Source: Thermoplasmatota archaeon
GTDB taxonomy: Archaea; Thermoplasmatota; E2; DHVEG-1
DNA: 55,631 nt
Direction: 5' to 3'
NCBI GenBank assembly: GCA_029762575.1
Contig: JARVGL010000002.1
Span: forward strand, 1-55,631
Positions 46,623-55,631 of this stretch are shown piece by piece. The notes beneath the pieces were generated by a model. It ran no database searches and was not told the DNA's origin. It was given only the letters and a program-made list of their open reading frames with translations. Numbering within the stretch: position 1 is the first letter of the stretch; every line of letters starts with the position of its first letter. The position numbers and the translations under genes are program-made.

Positions 46623-47513
46623 ATGGGATGTCGGATAAAGACACGAGTTAAGTTAGACCATATTCAAGATTTTGAACTGATGTTTGAACGGATGAAGCTC
46701 CATCGACCTCGAGAGGCCGCTGTTTATTATGCTATTCTTATCATTGATGCTGCAAAAGAATTCTCTGATTTTTTGCATATCGCAGAAGAATTAGCTAATC
46801 TTACACGTAGACCCCTTGAAACAGGTCGGAATTGCTTACTAAAGAACGGTCTTATCGCAAAAGTTTTGTTCTCAAATGACACGCGGGATAACTTTGGACG
46901 GGAAAGCTATCTGCCGGTTCATCCCTGTGCGATATGGGAAGTGGTTAAAAAGGATTTACAACAGTATATTGCACCAGAGACATATCACTCCATAGAAAAC
47001 CATCTTAGAACATATAACGATTTCTATAAAGATAACTTTGATAAATATGGTGTGAAACTACGAAGAAATGGAAACGTCACCATTGAATATTACGGTCTTT
47101 GGGTTCTGTATAATGCATTGTATAACAGTATGGAAAAAGGTAACCATGTGAAACTTCAGATAAGCGGTGAAAGATTTTTCAAAGAACCATTTATCGATTA
47201 TTTCAAAAGATTCCTTGAGCTTGATACTAAGTTACAGGTCATCATTGACACTGAAATTGACAAAGGTCTCCTTCAACATTTTAATGATTCGTTTCCAGAG
47301 AAACTTGAAATTAGGTCCTTCCCTGATGGTGCATCTGGTACCCTTCGAAATTATGTGTATGGTAAGGAGTTTGCTATCAATGGTATTAAGATATTGCAAG
47401 ATCATTCTGATGAACCGGCCTATATCGGTACTGCATATGTAGATGTTGAGGATATCAAAGTATTTAATAACAAATTCGACAGCCTCTGGAATCTAGCAAA
47501 ACCACTTCAATGA
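46623..47513 (+). CDS. Hypothetical protein, possibly a TrmB-like regulator (wHTH plus C-terminal domain)
   Basis: 296 aa. N-terminal HTH-like segment (IAEELANLTRRPLETGRNCLLKNGLIAKV). The C-terminal half loosely recalls the TrmB C-domain. Weak pattern-level call and the start is uncertain. Confidence 0.3.
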   Translation: MGCRIKTRVKLDHIQDFELMFERMKLHRPREAAVYYAILIIDAAKEFSDFLHIAEELANLTRRPLETGRNCLLKNGLIAKVLFSNDTRDNFGRESYLPVHPCAIWEVVKKDLQQYIAPETYHSIENHLRTYNDFYKDNFDKYGVKLRRNGNVTIEYYGLWVLYNALYNSMEKGNHVKLQISGERFFKEPFIDYFKRFLELDTKLQVIIDTEIDKGLLQHFNDSFPEKLEIRSFPDGASGTLRNYVYGKEFAINGIKILQDHSDEPAYIGTAYVDVEDIKVFNNKFDSLWNLAKPLQ

Positions 47514-47567
47514 TCACATAAACAGAAGTAGTTTTTCAGACGAAAAGTTTTGTATAAAGGTTAATAT

Positions 47568-49475
47568 CTATACGAAACGGGTTGTTTCCATATTCTTCAA
47601 TGCTACCGTCGTTAGGTTATATTTTTTATGGACTGAGCTTGAGAGATCAAGACATTTTGATTCCTCGCCATGACCGAAGAGTAATCGGTCTGGTCTTGGA
47701 CTCATATTGTTAATATAATTCATGAGTTGACGTCTATCACTATGACCTGAAAAACCATCAACGGTCTCAATCATCATATTAACCCTAATGGTCTGAACAT
47801 TGCCACCTGATGTTATCGAAACATCTCTCCATCCTTTTTGTACACGTCTTCCAAAACTCCCTTCTGCTTGGTATCCAACAAAGATAATCATATTCTTCTC
47901 AGTTTCAGCCCAAGATTTGAAATATTCCATGACCGGTCCACCAACCATCATACCACTTGTTGCAAGAACGATACAGGGATCAGGATCATTGATGATCTTC
48001 TGACGCATCTCTTGTCCCTCAACACGAACAAAGATGTCGGAAAGAAGAGGGTTTTTTCCTTTTTGGAACGCTTGCGCTCGTAATTTATTGTTGAGATACT
48101 CAGGGTATGCTGTATGAATCGCTGTTGCCTCCCAGATCATTCCATCTAAATACACAGGTATTTCTGGGATTTCTTTATCTGCTATAAGTTGTTCAAGGAC
48201 GATCATGACCTCTTGACTTCGACCAACAGCGAATACGGGGACTAGGATCTTACCATTTCTTTCCAAACATCGTCTGGTTATCTCTCTAAGATGATCGGTT
48301 GCTTCTCGACGGCTTGGTTGGAAATCTTCTTTACCACCATAGGTTGATTCGATGAACATTGCCTCAAGACGTGGAAAATGATTGACCGCAGGGTTAAATA
48401 ACCATGTTTTCTCATATTTTATATCGCCACTAAACGCGATGTTATAGAGACCTTCACCGATATGAAAATGTGCAATAGATGACCCAAGGATATGTCCTGC
48501 ATTATGGAACGTTAAGCGAACATCAGGGGTAATATCTGTGGTATCTCCATAATTCATGGCTATACAATGTTTAATGACTTCACGAACATGTTCTCCAGCA
48601 TATGGTATCTTTTTTGCGTCTGCGGCAGCAACCTTTAAGTAATCCATCTGCAGCAATGTCATCATATCCCGTGTAGGTGGTGTACAATAAACGGGTCCAT
48701 CATATCCATATTTATAAAGAAGTGGAACAAGCCCTGAATGATCAAGATGGGCATGGGTTATGACTACAGCATCGATTGTCTCAATTGGTAACACTTCAGG
48801 GAGATGTAAATAAGGGGTCCCACAGTCATCAGAGACATCCACGCCAACATCAATAAGGATCTTACTATCCTGTGTGTTTAGCATACTACATGATCGACCA
48901 ACTTGTCTGTAACCTCCTAATGCGGTGACTCGAACATATTTCTCGCCTTCAGATACTCCCCGGTGCAATCGTCGACCAACTTTTTTAAGTATCTCCTTTC
49001 GTTCATCACTCATCATCCGAAGGAAACCACGGATATCATGAACTGTTTTTGATTGCAAGGGTGGTGTACGGATGATGCGGGGGGACCAGTTGATTTTTTT
49101 ACGGATCTCATTAAGATATTTTCCTTGTTTACCTATAGCGACACCAGGTTTCATGACCTCAATGGTCACTTCACCGACATCAGGTTGAAAATAGATGTTG
49201 GTTATCTCTGCCTCCTCGGGGATGATTTGTCTAATTTTCTTTTCAGCGGTTTCCTCTTGCGTTGTGACACTTGGGTCAGGTCGCACGACAATACGTTTTT
49301 GAAGCATTTTCGCTAATTGTTTGATAAGATCATCCTGTTCAGCGAATTTATGCGGATGCTTTGTGTAAAGGACGACTAATGCTCCTTCAAACTCAATATC
49401 AGAAACATCGATACTTGGTGGTACTGTTGCCCTAACTTTTCCTTTCATTTCCCTTAAAACATCTTCAGCAGTCAT
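47568..49475 (-). CDS. aCPSF1 (FttA) KH-domain beta-CASP ribonuclease
   Basis: 635 aa. Two N-terminal KH-like domains, MBL motif VITHAHLDHSG, beta-CASP region, C-terminal GHGE. Confidence 0.9.
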   Translation of the reverse strand: MTAEDVLREMKGKVRATVPPSIDVSDIEFEGALVVLYTKHPHKFAEQDDLIKQLAKMLQKRIVVRPDPSVTTQEETAEKKIRQIIPEEAEITNIYFQPDVGEVTIEVMKPGVAIGKQGKYLNEIRKKINWSPRIIRTPPLQSKTVHDIRGFLRMMSDERKEILKKVGRRLHRGVSEGEKYVRVTALGGYRQVGRSCSMLNTQDSKILIDVGVDVSDDCGTPYLHLPEVLPIETIDAVVITHAHLDHSGLVPLLYKYGYDGPVYCTPPTRDMMTLLQMDYLKVAAADAKKIPYAGEHVREVIKHCIAMNYGDTTDITPDVRLTFHNAGHILGSSIAHFHIGEGLYNIAFSGDIKYEKTWLFNPAVNHFPRLEAMFIESTYGGKEDFQPSRREATDHLREITRRCLERNGKILVPVFAVGRSQEVMIVLEQLIADKEIPEIPVYLDGMIWEATAIHTAYPEYLNNKLRAQAFQKGKNPLLSDIFVRVEGQEMRQKIINDPDPCIVLATSGMMVGGPVMEYFKSWAETEKNMIIFVGYQAEGSFGRRVQKGWRDVSITSGGNVQTIRVNMMIETVDGFSGHSDRRQLMNYINNMSPRPDRLLFGHGEESKCLDLSSSVHKKYNLTTVALKNMETTRFV

Positions 49476-49597
49476 ATAATTCCCACAATTTTTCTTGTTT
49501 TATATCTGTATCAATATGAGCCTAATACCCGCTATCTAAATAATATTAGAACTTAAACAAATGGAAAGAGTAATGGTATAGATGTGATTTGATTGAT

Positions 49598-50233
49598 CTA
49601 TTTTTTGAATTGCTGCATTTTCTTTTTAACGTCTTCATCAGCAATCTGATGAAAACCATCTTTTGATATCACAGCAACGCTGATCATACCACCAGATGCA
49701 GAATCCCTACTTATCGCAGCACTGATTGCTCTAATCGCTAAATCAATTCCTTCATCAGAGGTCATATCATCACGATAATGATCCTCAAGTACACCAAAGA
49801 CATAGGGTGACCCTGAGCCACCAGATGTGTAATTGTCAGGTATTGAACCACCTGCAGCATCAAGAGAATAGACATGGCCTCCGGTTTGATCCCAACCACC
49901 AAGGACAAGCTGGACATAATATGGCATGAATTTTCTTTGGTTCATAATATTTGACATGAGTGTTGCTGCACTTTCAACGGGGATTGGCGAATCTCGTTTC
50001 AACCTATAGAGATTTGCTTCAGCACTCAGATATCTTGCAAGGACTTGCAGATCGCCAACAAGCCCAGCAGTTGCAAGAGCTAGATGATTATCGATTCGAT
50101 ATAACTTCTTTGTTGATTTATGCGCAATTAATGTTCCCATCGTCGCTCTTTGTTCTGTAGCGATAACGACGCCATCTGTGCATACCATACCTAAAGTTGT
50201 CGTTCCAGTTTTTTTAACATTCTCTGATGTCAT
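49598..50233 (-). CDS. psmB: Proteasome beta subunit
   Basis: 211 aa. Propeptide MTSENVKKTG, then the active-site Thr in TTTLGMV. Confidence 0.9.
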   Translation of the reverse strand: MTSENVKKTGTTTLGMVCTDGVVIATEQRATMGTLIAHKSTKKLYRIDNHLALATAGLVGDLQVLARYLSAEANLYRLKRDSPIPVESAATLMSNIMNQRKFMPYYVQLVLGGWDQTGGHVYSLDAAGGSIPDNYTSGGSGSPYVFGVLEDHYRDDMTSDEGIDLAIRAISAAISRDSASGGMISVAVISKDGFHQIADEDVKKKMQQFKK

Positions 50234-50397
50234 GATATCTCCTCAAAATTAGGGAAAAATTACAGAATGCAATTCTTATACTTTTATATATAGTTTGCGT
50301 ATTTTACTGAATGTTGCTAAAAAATTAAAGAAATAGAGAAGAACAAACTATCTCACAATATACTTAAATAATTGACAGACATTCTATTATTTATATT

Positions 50398-51516
50398 ATG
50401 ACGACGCTGATTCTAAATGTCGATCGAGATGATGATTTTGGGAGGAAAGCTCATATCAAAAGTCCCATCATCGGCGTTGGGAATAATGTTGATGCAGCCC
50501 AACGTTTCGGAGAGGCAGATCCAGAAGACTCGGATTTGAATGCAATATATTATGCGGTATCACTTTACAGGAAATTGATTAATGAACAAAAGGTTGTTGA
50601 AATTGCAACGATCTGTGGGCATATCAATGTTGGTGTGAAATCAGATGAGATACTCTCAAAACAACTTGAGGATGTTTTAGAAAAGACCCAAGCAACAGAT
50701 GTTATCGTTGTAACTGATGGCGCTGAGGATGATTATATCATACCTATCATTCAATCTCGGGTAAAGATTACTTCCATTCAACGTGTATCCGTAAAACAAA
50801 GTCGCCATCTTGAAGATACCTATTATCGGATCTTAAAGATACTTGATGATGAGAAGGTTCAGAAACAATTTGTCTTACCTATTGGTCTTGTATTGATCGT
50901 GTGGGCTTGTTTTGTTCTCCTTAATATGACCTCAAGTGGTTTTGGAGCTATTTTGTTGACCCTTGGGGTTTATCTATTGGTCAGGGCTTTTCGTTGGGAA
51001 CGGGCGATTTCTTCGATAGTTGAAGAAGTGAAATCAGGTTTTTTAACAGGGCGATTATCGATTTATACCTCCGCGGTATCCATCGTTATCATCATCGCAA
51101 GTATCTTTCTCTCTTATACCAATGCCAATATCCCCTATGAACTGGAACTACTAGCCGTCTTATCATTCATGGCTAATATCATATGGGGAATAGTCATTGC
51201 TGGATTGTTGTTTATATTTGGTCATGTTGTTGATATCTATGTGAAAGATAAACAAGCAGCATGGCGTTATTGGATCTATCCGTTCTCTCTTCTTGCTTTT
51301 GGATTTATCTCATCAGCAATCTTTACATCACTTCACAAAGCGTTGTTGAATTGGCCTGAGACATTCTATATCGAACCATTCTATACTCCTTTTTTCATTG
51401 GTAATACAATCACGGGTATTATGATCACAATTGTTGGTGCGGTCACTTATCATTATGTAAAAGACATGTACAGACCAAAAAATAACGATATGGCCGCAAA
51501 GAAACAAACATCATGA
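50398..51516 (+). CDS. DUF373-family membrane protein (COG2237)
   Basis: 372 aa. Soluble N-domain ILNVDRDDDFGRKA..GEADPEDSDLNAIYYA, followed by about six TM helices. Confidence 0.6.
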   Translation: MTTLILNVDRDDDFGRKAHIKSPIIGVGNNVDAAQRFGEADPEDSDLNAIYYAVSLYRKLINEQKVVEIATICGHINVGVKSDEILSKQLEDVLEKTQATDVIVVTDGAEDDYIIPIIQSRVKITSIQRVSVKQSRHLEDTYYRILKILDDEKVQKQFVLPIGLVLIVWACFVLLNMTSSGFGAILLTLGVYLLVRAFRWERAISSIVEEVKSGFLTGRLSIYTSAVSIVIIIASIFLSYTNANIPYELELLAVLSFMANIIWGIVIAGLLFIFGHVVDIYVKDKQAAWRYWIYPFSLLAFGFISSAIFTSLHKALLNWPETFYIEPFYTPFFIGNTITGIMITIVGAVTYHYVKDMYRPKNNDMAAKKQTS

Positions 51517-51544
51517 AATTTTTTTTAGGTTTTTGGTGTGATAG

Positions 51545-52246
51545 ATGAACTATGAAACCTGGTATCCTTTGTTAGATGCAATTAGAGCAGACATAAAGGT
51601 ATCATGGGATTCAGATGAAAAAGCAGCTCAGATACTAAGTAGTTTACTTGATGATTCATCTCATCTGATTTCTTTTTCATATTTGGAAGAATTATTGATT
51701 AATAGCAAGGTCATCGTCTTTGGAGCGGGTCCCTCGTTGGAAAGAGGGATACATCGATATAATGATCTTTTTAAGGATTGTATACTGATTGCTGCAGATG
51801 GTGCGACAACTGCTCTCATAAATAATAACATAGTTCCTCACATCATTGTAACCGATCTGGATGGAAATATTGCTGATCAGTTACACGCAAATAAGATGGG
51901 TAGTATAATCGTTGTTCACGCGCATGGTGATAATATTGAAGTTGTTGAAAAAATCATTCCAAGAATAGAGGGAGCAGTGATTGGTAGTATTCAGATTGAT
52001 CCACGAGGGGTATCACATGTGTTTAATGTTGGTGGGTTCACTGATGGCGACAGAGCAGTCTATTTAGCTGCGCATTGTTATGCAAAAAGGATATCTCTTA
52101 TCGGTTTTGATTTTGAAGGATCGATAGGAAAATATTGTCTACCTGAAAAAAAGGATAGAGATCTAAAACTAATGAAATTGAGATGGTGTTTGATCCTCAT
52201 TAAAAGACTACAACAGGATACTTTGATACAGTTTCTTAAAGGGTGA
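51545..52246 (+). CDS. mptE: 6-hydroxymethylpterin diphosphokinase MptE-like (DUF115)
   Basis: 233 aa. VFGAGPSL, AADGATT, IIVTDLDG, VVHAHGDN. Confidence 0.7.
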   Translation: MNYETWYPLLDAIRADIKVSWDSDEKAAQILSSLLDDSSHLISFSYLEELLINSKVIVFGAGPSLERGIHRYNDLFKDCILIAADGATTALINNNIVPHIIVTDLDGNIADQLHANKMGSIIVVHAHGDNIEVVEKIIPRIEGAVIGSIQIDPRGVSHVFNVGGFTDGDRAVYLAAHCYAKRISLIGFDFEGSIGKYCLPEKKDRDLKLMKLRWCLILIKRLQQDTLIQFLKG

Positions 52247-53132
52247 TGAGGGGTTTTTTTTCATAATTTCGTGATGTTAGATAAATACCTATCAAGATTA
52301 TTCCCCCTCCAATCAATGTATAATTTGAGGGGATTTGGCGTATCCAAGGTAAGATGAAGGCTAGAATCGTTGAACCGATAGGTTCTCCAAGAAGTGCCAC
52401 CGATGCTAACGTCGTCTTTATATGGGCAAGGGACCAGTTATAAAGAGTATGGCCAAAGATTCCAGAGATTAAAGCCATGAGAAGAATCAACGTAAGATCC
52501 CCAATACTTATTTGCGTGATGGAGACTGCGCTTAGCAGACAAAAGGTAAATAAAAAAATCGTTGAAACCCCATACACGACAAAAACATAGGGTATAACAG
52601 AGATCTGTTTTCGAAAATGTCTTCCACCAACAATATATAAACCTGCTGCAATCCCTCCAAGAAACGCCATAAGATTTCCCTCCAGAGAATTGATCCCTGA
52701 GAGACCATGGTTCCCATATACTAGGACGATAACACCAAAAAAGGATATGCTTATTCCAATAAGATTTAATTTGGATAGTTTTTCTTTGAATAAGAAATAG
52801 GATAAAGGTGCAACAAAGATAGGATGGGCGGTGACAAGAATGACCGAGCTTGCAACTGATGTGAGCTTTAGTGATGTTACCCATAAAGCGAAATGAACTG
52901 CTAAGATAAAACCAATACTGAACAGGAGGAACAACGATTTTTTAGAAAGCGACAGGATCTCTTGTTGGTACCGTCGTTTAAATACGATAAAAGGGATGAT
53001 GAGAAGGGTTGTAAATACCATCCGGTACAATGAGATGAGCAATGCAGGTGCTTCGATAGATACGATGATCACCGCTGCGGCAGAGACACTGATGACTGCA
53101 ATAAACACGATTATCGATGGTTTAGGTATCAT
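52236..53132 (-). CDS. EamA/DMT-superfamily transporter
   Basis: 298 aa, about 10 TM helices in two similar halves. An 11-nt convergent overlap with mptE. Confidence 0.6.
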   Translation of the reverse strand: MIPKPSIIVFIAVISVSAAAVIIVSIEAPALLISLYRMVFTTLLIIPFIVFKRRYQQEILSLSKKSLFLLFSIGFILAVHFALWVTSLKLTSVASSVILVTAHPIFVAPLSYFLFKEKLSKLNLIGISISFFGVIVLVYGNHGLSGINSLEGNLMAFLGGIAAGLYIVGGRHFRKQISVIPYVFVVYGVSTIFLFTFCLLSAVSITQISIGDLTLILLMALISGIFGHTLYNWSLAHIKTTLASVALLGEPIGSTILAFILPWIRQIPSNYTLIGGGIILIGIYLTSRNYEKKPLITL

Positions 53133-53234
53133 GCGATATGAAAAAGTAATAAGAGATTTAGTTTATGATACTTCTCATATTTCAAGTGGAGCGTATAAAG
53201 GATTCATAACAATTTCTACCATAAGAACATATAC

Positions 53235-53252
53235 AAATAGCATAAATAGCAT
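53235..53252. repeat. Tandem 9-nt direct repeat AAATAGCAT x2
   Basis: AAATAGCATAAATAGCAT followed by AAAAT. It sits in the divergent spacer between the EamA gene and the PAS gene, about 75-90 nt upstream of ATG 53327. Confidence 0.5.
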
Positions 53253-53326
53253 AAAATCGATGCAAATCTCCTTAAAGAGCCTAAGTTTATGAACTATGGA
53301 TATTTTAATGGAAGGGAAATAGATTT

Positions 53327-55631
53327 ATGGAAAAGACAAAGGCAAAGAACAATAAAGATAACGGATTAGTAAAAACTTCTGTTGAGCCATCATTGATTAT
53401 TATAATGATCATTGAAAAGGATGAGATTATCCGAACCATCAGCTCATCGGTCTTTCAAGAATTAGGATATCAACCAAATGATCTTATTGGAAGAAGTTTA
53501 AAAGATTTCATTTATCCAGATGACCTAAAGAAAACGATGGAGTTTCTTAGAAAAGATATTGGAAAACATAAGAGACAAACGGTCCATGCATTTCAGATGA
53601 AACATGCAAACGGATCATTAATCGATGTTGAGTTAACCATATACAGAGGATTATTAGAATCAGATAGAAATCAAGTTATCGGTATACTTAACCCTTTTTC
53701 TAAGTTTAAAGCAATCGAACAAGAATTACATAAGAGCCAACAGAAGAATAGAGCACTGTTAAAGGCATTACCTGACTTACTGTTCATTATTACGAAGGAT
53801 GGAGTATATGAGGAATTTTATGCGTTTGACCCTGATGCCTTAGCATTAAAACCAGAAGAGATCATTGGCAGTACTCTCGAAAAAACTGGGTTTTCACAGG
53901 AAGACATCAAAAAAATACGGCATATTATCAGTCAATCGTTACATAATCATTCGATTGAGACCTTTGAATATTCTTTACCAGTTAAGGGGAAACAATTGAT
54001 CTTTGAAACAAGGATTGCGCCTTTTGATACAAACAAGGTACTAGCTCTTGCTAGAGACGTGACCAAACAAAAGCAAACAGAGAATGTTTTAATGGAATCT
54101 GAACGTTTGTTCAAAGAGATCTTTGAATATGCTCCGATTGGTATCTACCGGACGACATCAGAAGGTAAGATCCTTCTCTCAAATGCAACATTATGGAACA
54201 TGCTTGGATACAGTTCATTTAAGGAACTTGCTGAAAGAGATTTAGAAAAAAACGGATATCATCCGAGTTATAATCGAGAATCATTTAAAAAGAATATTGC
54301 AGCACAGGGACGTATCACTGGCCTTGAGGCAACATGGAAAAAAAAAGATGGTTCTCTTATCTACCTGAGGGAAAACGCTCATGCTATCTATGACAAAGAA
54401 GGTCGTATCATTTGTTATGAAGGGACCGTTGAAGATATCACTGAGAAAAAAGAGATCGAGGAACGTTTAAGACAGAGTCAGGAGCAATATCGTTTGCTTG
54501 TTGAACATCAACAGGATTTTATTATTACACTAGATTCCAGAGGATACGTTAACTATGCAAGTCCTTCATTTTCAAAGCTTCTTAGCAGATCAGATACGGA
54601 ACTTATCAATACTAAACTTCACGTCTATGTTCATAGAGAGGATCAAAAAAAGTTGAGTTCTGTTCTTAGATCAATTAGGGCATTAGATGAAACATTTTAT
54701 CTAGAATTACGCATGATCTATAAATCGGGGTGGTGTTGGATAGCATGGAAATTCAATCCTACTAGAAACAAAGAGAACGGGTCAATGCAGATTATTGCTG
54801 CAGGTAGAGATATTACTGATCAAAAGAAAGCAGAGATTCAACTCTCTGAAACAAAGGACCATCTACAGAATATTATCGATAATTCTAAGGATATAATTAT
54901 CACATTTGATATGGATGGAAGAATTTCTACCTGGAATAGAAGTGTAGAAAAGATCACCGGATTTGAGCAAAGTACTGTGCTTCACAAAAAACCAACAAAG
55001 AGTTCCTTGTTCAAAAACCCTGAATCACTTGAATCAATGATCACAAATGCCTTTAAAAGGAAACAGGGAGCTGACGATGTTGAACTGATGGTGAACACAA
55101 AGGAAGGCGACACCATTGTTTTTAATTGTTCAACGTCACCAATTTTGGATGAGAATAATCAAATGATAGGTCTTCTTATATTGGGAAGTTTGGTCACAAA
55201 AGAAATATTGCAACCTATTAAAAAAGGGAGAGCTTATCTATTTACTGACGAAAAACAAATAGAGATGTATCGGAGATTTGAATTTTTAATAGAAAAAGGT
55301 TATGATGGGTTAGTTATTACTCGGGGAAGTAATGAGAATATGAAAAGGTTACCATACTCTCAAGGCATTATGGTAAAGGTCTTTGGTATCGAAAAAAATA
55401 ACACATATCAAATCATATCATCACCAAAAGAGCTCATAGACGTCATCAAAGGATTCTTAAAAGATACAAAGAAATCTATTATTCTTGTCGATCGTTTGGA
55501 TTTTCTGTTGATCCGCTATCCATTTGAGATGGTGATGGAATCGATTTATATGATGCATTCACTTGTCGTATCAAATGATTCTATATTATTCCTCCACATT
55601 AACACAACAGTGTTTAATTTGCATCAAATAG
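53327..55631 (+). CDS. Cytoplasmic multi-PAS sensor protein with C-terminal DUF835-like domain; 3' end outside the window
   Basis: Not in the track because there is no stop. My translation is open for 768 codons. It has about five PAS/PAC units (e.g. SERLFKEIFEYAPIGIYRTTSEGKIL...WKKKDGSLIYLRENAHAIYDKEGRIICYEGTVEDITEKK). The tail follows: GRAYLFTDEK..GYDGLVITRG..ILVDRLDFLL.. Confidence 0.75.
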   Translation, partial: MEKTKAKNNKDNGLVKTSVEPSLIIIMIIEKDEIIRTISSSVFQELGYQPNDLIGRSLKDFIYPDDLKKTMEFLRKDIGKHKRQTVHAFQMKHANGSLIDVELTIYRGLLESDRNQVIGILNPFSKFKAIEQELHKSQQKNRALLKALPDLLFIITKDGVYEEFYAFDPDALALKPEEIIGSTLEKTGFSQEDIKKIRHIISQSLHNHSIETFEYSLPVKGKQLIFETRIAPFDTNKVLALARDVTKQKQTENVLMESERLFKEIFEYAPIGIYRTTSEGKILLSNATLWNMLGYSSFKELAERDLEKNGYHPSYNRESFKKNIAAQGRITGLEATWKKKDGSLIYLRENAHAIYDKEGRIICYEGTVEDITEKKEIEERLRQSQEQYRLLVEHQQDFIITLDSRGYVNYASPSFSKLLSRSDTELINTKLHVYVHREDQKKLSSVLRSIRALDETFYLELRMIYKSGWCWIAWKFNPTRNKENGSMQIIAAGRDITDQKKAEIQLSETKDHLQNIIDNSKDIIITFDMDGRISTWNRSVEKITGFEQSTVLHKKPTKSSLFKNPESLESMITNAFKRKQGADDVELMVNTKEGDTIVFNCSTSPILDENNQMIGLLILGSLVTKEILQPIKKGRAYLFTDEKQIEMYRRFEFLIEKGYDGLVITRGSNENMKRLPYSQGIMVKVFGIEKNNTYQIISSPKELIDVIKGFLKDTKKSIILVDRLDFLLIRYPFEMVMESIYMMHSLVVSNDSILFLHINTTVFNLHQI

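Noticed and set aside
1-55631. I looked for CRISPR arrays, transposases, integrases near the two tRNAs, rRNA genes, restriction-modification or other defence genes, and long direct or inverted repeats.
   Set aside because: I saw none by eye. The tRNA flanks are ordinary housekeeping genes, and no spaced identical repeats of 25-40 nt are visible. A long-range repeat search by computer is still needed, because repeats far apart are hard to detect by reading.

Overview
This is a densely coding, AT-rich archaeal chromosomal segment (roughly 60% A+T by eye). Most of it is universal archaeal housekeeping. Both strands are used, spacers are short, and many genes have GGAGG/GGTGA-type Shine-Dalgarno motifs or TATA boxes placed for leaderless transcripts.

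Genes I recognise:
- Replication and repair: Orc1/Cdc6 (cut by the window edge), PriS, Gins51-like, RadB.
- Translation and RNA: L44e, S27e, aIF2-alpha, Nop10, L7Ae, S28e, L24e, LSm, AsnRS, PheRS-beta, NcsA/TtuA-type thiolase, aCPSF1, DRG and a YchF/Obg-like GTPase, tRNA-Pro(UGG), tRNA-Gln(CUG).
- Transcription: TBP, Lrp/AsnC.
- Proteostasis: proteasome beta subunit, PAC2-like chaperone, PIMT.
- Metabolism: fused SpeD-SpeE, NDK, HutU, HutH, split transketolase, carbamate kinase, an aminotransferase, MptE.
- Membrane: MscS, CorA, CPBP protease, EamA transporter, DUF373.
- Sensing: a multi-PAS/DUF835 protein that runs off the 3' edge.

RadB, DUF835, split transketolase and AsnRS suggest an uncultured euryarchaeote, at low confidence. 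I saw no rRNA, CRISPR array, transposase, integrase or obvious defence genes.

The only stretch that looks accessory is about 34.3-39.3 kb. It holds a secreted PKD-repeat protein, an orphan LarA-family enzyme, a frame-disrupted small ORF coupled to a membrane-anchored permuted papain-like enzyme, and a tiny membrane protein.

I do not see a convincing multi-gene novel system. The strongest individual leads are:
- a histidine ammonia-lyase with Ala-Cys-Gly at the MIO-forming triad;
- a two-domain bactofilin-like protein with a central hydrophobic segment, coupled to a GTPase;
- the orphan LarA homologue;
- the SpeD-SpeE fusion;
- a GC-rich hairpin with an SD-led micro-ORF upstream of hutU;
- unannotated micro-ORFs.

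All calls rest on reading the translations and motifs by eye. No searches were run.
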